Source of the DNA: Octopus vulgaris
Lineage: Eukaryota
DNA length: 64,000 bases
Assembly (NCBI GenBank): GCA_951406725.2
Contig: OX597826.1
Span: 63,364,001-63,428,000 of the forward strand
Reading direction: 5' to 3'
The position numbers and the translations under genes were made by a program. Below are positions 56,380 to 64,000 of this stretch, piece by piece. The number at the start of each line of letters is the position of its first letter. Position 1 is the stretch's first letter. The notes beneath the pieces are model-generated. The model saw only the letters and a program-made list of their open reading frames with translations. It was not told where the DNA came from and ran no database searches.

Positions 56380-59300
56380 ACGCAAATGACAAGCAAATCG
56401 TTGGGATGTATGCGTCCAAGAAGATGAGTGACAACAGGTGGAGGAAATAGCTAAGAGCAGGGATTCTTAGAGACAGTAAAAGAAAACGAGGACGGTAATG
56501 TGCAATGGTGAGATTTGACAGCCCTCTGAAATAATTTTCACAATAAATTATGATATAACCCTAATCTACACCACCTGAAATGTATCACTAGAAAATTTTA
56601 TTAAAAAAAAAAAATATGTATTTTTCAGAAAGTTATGAAGAAACAAAATCAACGAAGCACATATCTGTAGTTATGCCCGAGACAATAACTAAAGATGTGG
56701 GTCTATTTCAATACTTTCACCCGCACGATTTTCACTAAGACAAAAAAAGCCAAAAACTCGGATCTTTGTGTGGAATCAAGTACTCTGACCTAATATGGCG
56801 CAAATCCCTTATTTTTGTTCAAACTCCTTATTTTTTTCGCAACCCACCCCTACCCTTTTTTTTTTAGGAGTGACTGTGTGGTAAGTAGCTTGTTTACCAA
56901 CCACATGATTCCGGGTTCAGTCCCACTGCATGGCACCTTGGGCAAGTGTCTTCTACTATAGCCTCGGGCCGACCAAAGCCTTATGAGTGGATTTGGCAGA
57001 CGGAAACTGAAAGAAGCCCATCATATATATGTATATATATATATATATGTGCATGTATGTTTGTGTGTCTGTGTTTGTCCCCCTAGCATTGCTTGACAAC
57101 TGATGCTGGTGTGTTTATGTCCCCGTCACTTAGCAGTTTGGCAAAAGAGACCGATAGAATAAGTACAAAGAATAAGTCTCGGGGTCGAGTTGCTCAATTA
57201 AAGGCGGTGCTCCAGCATGGCCACAGTCAAAATGACTGAAACAAGTAAAAGAGAGAAATCCCGGAATCACTGGAATTTTTTTTCCGTTGAATGAATTACA
57301 GTGACCTAATATTCCACAAAACCCTTTTTTTGATCCAGAAAACGGGGTTGATTGAGACCCTCGAAAATTTCTCCTTCCCCCTGGGAACTACATCCACACG
57401 ATTTTCTCCAAGAAAAAATAAGACTGATTCTTTGCGCGGAATCAAGTACCCTATGCTGCAAACCCCTTATTATTGTTCTGAAAAAAGTGGGGTGGGAAAC
57501 CGGAACTCCTCCCTCCCTCCCCAAATCCCGGAATCATTGGAATTTTTTTTCTGTTGAATGAATTAGTGACCTCCTAATATGCCACAAACCCCTTTTGGGG
57601 GGGGTCCAGAAAATGGGGTGGGGTGGAGTATTTCGCCCGTCATTACATTCTAAGTTCAAATTCCGAGGTCAACTCTAACTTTCATCCTTTTGGGGTCAAT
57701 TAGCTAAGTACCAGTGAAATACTGGGGTCAATGTAATTGACTCATCCCCACCCCCCAAAATTGCTGCCCTTGTGGCAAAATTTGAAACCCTTATTATAAT
57801 AATGGTGGTGAGTTGGCAGAATTGTCAGTGCACCAGGAAAAATGCCTACCTAGCAGTACTTAGTCTGTCTGTACGTTCCGAGTTCAAATTCCGGCAAAGG
57901 CAACTTTGCCTTGCATCTTTTTGTGGTTGATAAATTAAGTACCAGTCAAGTAATGAGGTTGATGTAATCAACTATCCCCCTCCCCTCAAATTCCAGGCCT
58001 TGTACCTATAATAGAGAGGATTATTATTATTCGTGGTGTACTCTTTACTCTTTAACTTGTTTCAGTCATTTGACTGCGGCCATGCTGGAGCACTGCCTTT
58101 AGTCGAGCAAATCGACCCCGGGACTTATTCTTTGTGTAAGCCCAGTACTTATTCTATTAGTCTCTTTTGCCGAACCGCTAAGTGACGGGGACGTAAACAC
58201 ACCAGCATCGGTTGTCAAGCAATGCTAGGGGACAAACACAGACACACAAACACACACATATATATATATATACATATATACTAAAGGCTTCTTTCAGTTT
58301 CTGTCTACCAAATCCACTCACAAGGCATTGGTCGGTCTGAGTCTATAGCAGAAGACACTTGCCCAAGATGCCACGCAGTAGGACTGAACCTGGAACCATG
58401 TGGTTGGTTAGCAAGCTACTTACCACACAGCCACTCCTGCACCTAAAAGAGATACACTCTTCAGGTCACTGCCTGGAACCGAACCAGGAATCTTGGGGTT
58501 ACTAGTCCGCGTTCTTAACCACTACGCTATATACACAAATGTTTTACATTCAGAATCAATGTCCTTGATACCAGGTCACAACCAGTTTCCTTAGATATTG
58601 AGGACCTTTCTTACAATCCTTGCTGGTCCCAATAGAGCAAATTTCTGGATCAATTTGGTAGATAGATACTGAAAGAAGCTCGTTATGTGTGTGTGCCTTT
58701 GTACATGTGTTTGTCCCCCACCACTTCTTAACCAGTGTTGGTGTGTTTATGTCCCTATAACTTAGTAGTTTGGCAAAACAAACTGATAGAATAAGTACCA
58801 GGCTTTACAAAAAATAAGTCCTGGTGTCAATTTGTTCAACTAAAATTCTTCAAGGTGATGCCCCAGAATGGCCACAGTCTAATGACTGAAACAAGATAAA
58901 AATATCTACATAAATCAGATAAGCTGCATGTTTCTTCTGATACAAGGTATAACAAAAAGGGACATATAAAACACTTTCATCAAATGATACAATAGCATTT
59001 AAAATGTCTAGAGAGGAGGTTTACAAAACCAGAACTCGAAGAGTTATCAGCAAGGCTAAAGATGGATAACAGAGTAGAATGCTTGGCACCCTAGTCCCCT
59101 TTTATAATACTTTAGAACCATAAAGTAAACTTCGAAAGTAACCCTAGGTGTAAATTAATTTATCCAACAAAGCCAGAGTTAGGTGTAGATAGCAAAAGAA
59201 AATAGAAAAAAATCATTTTCAAAGTAAAAAGAAGCTTCCTCATTAAGGTTAGGGGGTAACATTTAAGAATAACTTCTACTCTGAATTAAAAAAAAAAAAA

Positions 59301-61173
59301 TTAAGGCGGCGAGCTGGCAGAAACGTTAGCACGCCAGGCGAAATGCGTAGCCACATTTCGTCTGCCGCAACGTTCTGAGTTCAAATTCCGCCGAGGTCGA
59401 CTTTGCCTTTCATCCTTTTGGGGTCAATTAACTAAGTACCAGTTACACACTGGAGTCGATATTATCGACTTAATCCGTCTGTCTGTCCTTGTTTGTCCCC
59501 TCTGTGTTTAGCCCCTTGTGGGTAGTAAAGAAATAATTTAAGAATAACTGGAATAACATTGCTAGATAAAAGAGAACAAAAACTAAATACACACATTTCA
59601 ATATAGCTGACTTTTATCCCTCAATAACCAAAATTTCATTGATGTAGGCTTTAGGTTTTATGAATGCAGACACTGATAACAGTGAGTCGGGTATTAATGC
59701 GATTATGAACTCAAAATTGACATTTCCCTCCGGAGCATAAATATAGCAAGCTATCAAATAGGAACTGCTAAGTTCAGCTATTCAGCTTGTAAGAATTTTG
59801 GCTGTTATATCAGAGTTTGTAATGCTGCAAAGCTGAATGGAAAAGAGAATAAAACAGTTGGTCATTAAAGAATTTATGAGAACTACCCACTAGATGGTAA
59901 TTTGGGCAAAGTTAATAATGTAGTGCTAAAGGAAAAACAAAAACTGAATGAACATTTAAAAACTGAATTTATAAACATACATATTTGTCATTCTTAACTA
60001 AAATTTTGAAAAATAAAATGCACTATAGCTCTGTCAAAATTTTTATAATTCTTGCATGAGAAACTTTCACATATTCAAAACTACCTGGTTGATAGTAGAT
60101 AAGGCACAACCATATAGGATTGGTAACTTCAAATCAAAAATGCAGTGTGACCTTTGAGTAAAAAATTAAGAATTTTGGTTCCAAGCAGTCATGGTTTGAA
60201 CAAAAGAGATATGTGTATTAGGCATATGCAAACCACACACACACACGTAAGCATGCATATATTGATTTTTAAAATATTAAGTAGTACAGTTTGATGAGAA
60301 ACGTTAGCAACATTGTCTGTATGAAATTGAAGATGTTTGGAATATTCTAACAGTCAGAAATAGAAATAAAAATACAAGCTTGAAACAGCTGTTTTAGCAT
60401 GTCACTCATAAAGTTTTTGTTTTGTTTTTTAAAGATTCTCAGTTGGTATGGTCTCAGTTGATAAGAGCCTGGTGGAATGATGTGGAATTCCTTTTCCATA
60501 TCAGCAAAATCAAACAAAAATAATTCTTCATACTTTGCCACAACTTATAAAATTCTTGCATCCAGTCAAATGCAACATTCTTTGTAATTTGCCAATTTTC
60601 ACACAAACTTTTTTCTGTTACTTTTGGTCCACTGCATGTTCCTGTAGCTTTGTTAATTAAAATTATATTCAGCCTTGTGCATAAAATCTGTACTAGTACT
60701 ACTACCTAGTCCTTTTCAGAATTATGTATAAACTTTACAGATACTTAAATCCTTTCTGGAATTGTGCATAGTGTGCATGAACTGCAATTCATCTTCAGAA
60801 TTGTAAATAACCTGCATCAAGAATTTCTTTTTATTTGTGCATAACTTGCCTGAGCATCAAGATCATTTTGGAATTACTGTGTAAGTCTCGCAGAATTGGA
60901 CATAAGCTACACCAACTGTTTCAGAATTTTGCACACCAAGTCCTTTTTTTCTTTCTTTGATATTGTCAGTAACTTGCACTAAGTCCATTTTGGAATTGTG
61001 CATACAACATCAAAAATTTTGGGATTTGTACATGCAAAACCCTCATTATGTCACTTCAAAAATTTTTTATACTAGTATCAATTTTCTGAATTGTGTATAA
61101 CCTGCACCAAGTCTTTCTCAGAATCGTGCATATTAATACCAAGTTTCAAGTTCTTTAGTCTTTAGTCTTTTGC

Positions 61174-63435
61174 TTAATTTGAAAAGTTACCTTCCAATTT
61201 TTTCTTCATTCGTTCATGACCCACATCATCATCATGTTTCCGTTTACTCTGCAAAGTTCTTACATTGCCAGGATCATCATCAGTAGTTATGTTACTTTCC
61301 GATGGCGCTTGGCTTTCCATTATTCTGGCATTGCCAGCCATTTCCTCTTGGCTCTCTACCACATTTATATTACCCTCCCACTCTTTCTTGGTCTCCATTA
61401 TGCTTCTGTCATTACCCCTCTCATCACTATCCATCTCTCCTTGACTCTCCACTACATTTGTGTTGCAAGCTGTCCCTTGATTTTCCACCTCATTTGCATC
61501 ACAGTCAGCCTCTTCCTGACACTCTACTTCATTTGTGACACAAGCAGTCTCTTCTTGACTTTCCACCACATTTGTGTCATTAGCTGTCTCTTCTTGATTC
61601 TTCATAGCACTCATATCACCTGCCGTCTCTTCTTGATTTTTCATTAATATTTTGCCACAAGTCATCTCTTCCTTGCTCTCCACTACTCCTTCATCAATAT
61701 CTGTTACCTCTTTGGTCTCCCATATATTTGTATCATCATATATGTTCTTTTTGCTCTCCTTAGCATTTGTTCCACAATCCCTCCCTTTGCTCTCTCCCAT
61801 ATTTGTGTCATCAGTTATTTCTCCTTTGCTCTTCCTTACATTTGTAGCTTCATAAATTTCCTCTTTGTTTTTTCCAATATTTTTGTCATCATAAATCTCC
61901 TCTTTGCTCTCCTCTACATTTGTGTCTCTGGCCAACAGCTTTCTGTTCTCCACTGCATCCAAGTTATCTGATGTCTTTTGAAACAACATCTCTCTTTCAC
62001 TTTCTTGTTTATACAGCACAAATTGAGTATCATCTTCCAAGTTCTGATTTGGTGGCACAAGTCTTGAGTCACCCTCAGCTTCTTTTTTATTTTGCCTGAA
62101 GGGCACATCACCTTGTTTACTTTGCAAATTGCTTTCACCACCTTGCTCACTCTTCATAAGTGACACATCACCCTCAACACTCTGCACAAGAGACACATCA
62201 TCTTTAGCCTGTCTCTCAAGTGACACATCTCCTTCCCGCCCTTGCCTAACTTGAATGAGTGACACTTCATTTTCAGCTCCCTGCAAGAGTAGTAAATCAT
62301 CTCCAGTCTCATGTGTGCTGTCCCTTTCAGCTTCCTGTTTAGATTGTGCATCTTCATCTTGTTTACTCTGTGAGAAACACACATCCACAGATTTACTTTG
62401 GGAAGAACCAATACCTTCAGAACAGCTATCTATACTTTTTCTCTCCAGTTTTACATTGCACTCTCCATTTTCTATCACATCTGTACATGTCTTATTATTT
62501 ATAACATCTTGCTTACACTCTGAAAGGTCTACATCTTCTACTATGGCTTTGACTTCACACAAAGCCAGCTGCACACCACTCTTAGCAGCAAGCAAGCTAT
62601 TTGAAAGTTCTGTAGTCTGCTGTAGTTTGTAGTCTGCTGTAACCTTCATACTATCCGTGAATTCCATATCTTTCTGATTTTTGTTAGCATAAGTATTAGT
62701 TAAAATATCTTCATTCTCTATTTTCACATCATCAGTATTTCTAACTGAAAGTTTAGAATCAAAACATGCCTTTTCTCCAGTTGCACCCAAGTCTCTATTA
62801 CTTTCCTGGGCATCTAAAACTTTACTTTTACGGTCAATGTTTTCCATTTTCACTTCAGATTGTACTACAGAATCTTCTCTTCCAAAATTACAAACTTCAT
62901 TTAAGTATTCTATTGTATTGATGGTATAGTCTTGTACAGAACACTCAGAAGTCACTTCAATGTTTTCATTCAATACACATGACCCGGATTCTAACAAACC
63001 AGATAATTTAAAAGCTTCACAATCATCTGGTTTGGAAACTTGCAGATTTTGTATACCTTTTGCTATCAATTCTTTGGCCTCAGCAAGTTTTTCTTCAAAT
63101 TCATTCAATAGTTTGACTGTTTGACACTTTTGCTTCATCATCATCATTCGTAATGTTTCCCGGGCCTGATTTGGTCGGATTTCATTGATAAGATGATTGA
63201 GGTTTATGAATAGTAAACGCAGGTCATTCAGTTTTTCTTGCCTATCTGAAGAGTTGGGGTTCCGAATAAGTATGTCTATTAAATCTAGAAAGCACACAAG
63301 AATGGAATGGTTCAGTTTCTTCATTTCCTTTTTACGATTATGGTTTTCAGGATATAACTGTGTAAGTCCTAGGGATTCTAATGTCTGAATGGGTTCATTA
63401 ATGTTGGAAGGTACACCAAATACTGTGTAGTTCTC
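61174..63435 (-). CDS. MED7: Mediator subunit 7-like protein, last exon, with long acidic repetitive C-terminal extension
   Basis: N-terminal ~130 aa match the MED7 family (Y.VFG, LES.G..QLYP, KKEMKKLNHSILVCFLDLIDILIR.P, EKL.DL.LLFINL.HLINE.RP.QARETLR.MM..QK). Poly-T + GCAG acceptor ends at 63436 (phase 0). The true start exon was not found in the window; the track's TTG start lies in the intron. Confidence 0.92.
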   Translation of the reverse strand, partial: ENYTVFGVPSNINEPIQTLESLGLTQLYPENHNRKKEMKKLNHSILVCFLDLIDILIRNPNSSDRQEKLNDLRLLFINLNHLINEIRPNQARETLRMMMMKQKCQTVKLLNEFEEKLAEAKELIAKGIQNLQVSKPDDCEAFKLSGLLESGSCVLNENIEVTSECSVQDYTINTIEYLNEVCNFGREDSVVQSEVKMENIDRKSKVLDAQESNRDLGATGEKACFDSKLSVRNTDDVKIENEDILTNTYANKNQKDMEFTDSMKVTADYKLQQTTELSNSLLAAKSGVQLALCEVKAIVEDVDLSECKQDVINNKTCTDVIENGECNVKLERKSIDSCSEGIGSSQSKSVDVCFSQSKQDEDAQSKQEAERDSTHETGDDLLLLQGAENEVSLIQVRQGREGDVSLERQAKDDVSLVQSVEGDVSLMKSEQGGESNLQSKQGDVPFRQNKKEAEGDSRLVPPNQNLEDDTQFVLYKQESEREMLFQKTSDNLDAVENRKLLARDTNVEESKEEIYDDKNIGKNKEEIYEATNVRKSKGEITDDTNMGESKGRDCGTNAKESKKNIYDDTNIWETKEVTDIDEGVVESKEEMTCGKILMKNQEETAGDMSAMKNQEETANDTNVVESQEETACVTNEVECQEEADCDANEVENQGTACNTNVVESQGEMDSDERGNDRSIMETKKEWEGNINVVESQEEMAGNARIMESQAPSESNITTDDDPGNVRTLQSKRKHDDDVGHERMKKKLEGNFSN

Positions 63436-64000
63436 CTGCAAAAAAAAAAAAAAAAAAACTGCTTGTAAAAATAATTATTTCTATATAGGTACAGGCATGG
63501 CTGTGTGGTTAAGAAGCTCACTTTTGCAACCATATGGTCTCAGGTTCAGTCCCATTGTGCAGAGCCTGCACCATACTTCTGTATCTATTTTGGTATGGGT
63601 CTTTTATGATTGGATTCCCTTCCAAATACCAACCACTCCACTGAATAGGCTGAGTGCTTTCTACATGGCATTCCATATTATGGAAGTATTACATTCAAGA
63701 AAATCATGCATTAACAGAGTTCTGTAGAGTGGTACAGGTTTTCTGATTTTTATGTTCATTGATTTACATCTAATCTAAAGGCAATGGTAATGTCGCGGCA
63801 CAAACATCCAGCACCATATTAGGTGAGATCTCGTGGCAGCTATTGCCATCTCCAAGACTGGAGCGAGACCTCACCTGCATCCATTTGCCATGTGCAAGAT
63901 CACGAGGCTCGCAATGGAGAAAACTATATAAATGGGAAACTGATTCAGATCAGCCTCTTTTGGCACCATAGACAGCAGCATTGGCTGAACACCAACACAG

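Noticed and set aside
56690-57620. Diverged ~265-bp direct repeats split by a SINE
   Set aside because: Real, but they look like an ordinary local duplication with no coding or structural signal.
61216-62632. Plus-strand and alternate-frame ORFs over MED7
   Set aside because: Shadows of the purine-rich repetitive coding strand.
63436-63441. TTG start of the 755-aa ORF
   Set aside because: It is part of the splice acceptor; the MED7 N-terminus must come from an upstream exon.

Overview
AT-rich eukaryotic DNA dominated by microsatellites, SINEs, MITEs and decayed transposons. The repeat make-up plus an intronless C2H2 zinc-finger array suggests a coleoid cephalopod, probably an octopus (inference, not verified). 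I reconstructed three host genes, all on the minus strand. (1) A five-exon gene not assembled by the ORF track (24740-3701; all four introns GT-AG and in phase). It encodes a 228-aa protein with a signal peptide, a probable GPI anchor and two tandem Cys-rich domains spaced like vertebrate neuritin/CPG15. (2) An 11-finger C2H2 zinc-finger gene (48199-49167) with a probable 5' exon and promoter near 55.6-55.9 kb. (3) The large last exon of a divergent MED7 (63435-61174) with a ~620-aa acidic, repetitive tail and a decayed coding repeat past the stop. Mobile DNA includes four SINE families, Penelope-like elements (PLEs) with GIY-YIG, RT, hammerhead-like and tRNA-like parts, three mariner fossils, a CR1 tail, a Tx1/L1-like ORF1, a Helitron and several MITE families. 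A recurring class of fold-back palindromes, many beside microsatellites, carries minimal hammerhead-like cores with compensatory 3-8 pairs. Almost all other ORFs in the track are microsatellite or SINE artefacts.
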